DNA of 63,982 nt, filler included, from Choristocarpus tenellus KU-1152 (lineage: Eukaryota > Protista > Phaeophyceae), in NCBI GenBank assembly GCA_964200185.2. It is 12 parts of 12 records of this genome, joined end to end, with 100 filler letters (N's around TTAATTAATTAA, not from the genome) between each part and the next. Parts side by side here need not be neighbours in the genome. Positions count along the whole stretch, not along the records: positions 60,424 to 63,982 come from CAXNAD020019269.1; 11 more parts are not named here. The stretch is one strand, 5' to 3'. How positions within the stretch are numbered: the first letter of the stretch is position 1; each line of letters opens with the position of its first letter. A model generated the notes under the pieces. It was not told the origin of the DNA and ran no database searches. It saw only the letters and a program-made list of their open reading frames with translations. The translations under genes were made by a program, and so were the position numbers. Shown here one piece after another: positions 63,633-63,982 of this stretch.

Positions 63633-63982
63633 AACGATTGTAAGCACCGTGTATCTTTCGTGGCATATATCCATATTAATTCTGCGTCAGTGATCCAACC
63701 AACCCGATCCCTTTCTTCCCCTCACTATTTTCCACCAGAGACAAAAGAACTGGAGGAGATCCTTCTCGGTGTGTGGAGAGAGCACAAGAAGCGCGACGGG
63801 TCAAGTGTAAGCGCGATGCAGCCATCCCCACATTAGTACATCCAATACCCCATCACTAACGGTCCAACAACACCGTAGTAACCCTTGCCTTCGCATACTG
63901 AGCTTGAATTGACGTTTCATACATTGGTGATGCTATCGACCTTATGACATACGCCATTAACCAACAGAGGGTCAAAGTATCC

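Noticed and set aside
1-63982. Fanzor/TnpB, tRNA or rRNA genes
   Set aside because: No RuvC/zinc-finger motif set, cloverleaf or rRNA-like conserved sequence recognised by eye

Overview
Repeat-rich eukaryotic genomic DNA (spliceosomal GT-AG introns, LTR retrotransposons, mariner relics, MITEs, scattered TTAGGG). A stramenopile or brown-algal-type genome is a guess, not shown. The window is 12 contigs joined by 11 artificial 100-bp linkers (N44-TTAATTAATTAA-N44), so order across gaps is unverified. Three host genes can be reconstructed. (1) A minus-strand gene with two WW domains and a Ser/Pro-rich linker spliced in frame to exons resembling the N-terminus of NELF-C/D (TH1). (2) Head-to-head with it, a PPIE/Cyp33-type RRM gene. 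(3) A large minus-strand IQ-motif gene whose >3.2-kb exon encodes ~69-aa acidic repeats with AKAP-like amphipathic helices. Most of the rest is mobile DNA: about 30 full or partial copies of three MITE families sharing G(A/G)(G/C)(T/C)CAAAGTA termini, a young gag-only copia-type LTR family (full element, solo LTR, copy nested in a mariner), gypsy and copia pol relics, three DD39D-like mariner relics, and a 94-bp palindrome with a 5-bp TSD. The last contig carries a 78-bp hairpin-containing array, a 233-bp array and a frameshifted ParB/Srx-like ORF that may form a module of an uncharacterised mobile element. All protein family calls are motif recognition by eye and need profile searches.
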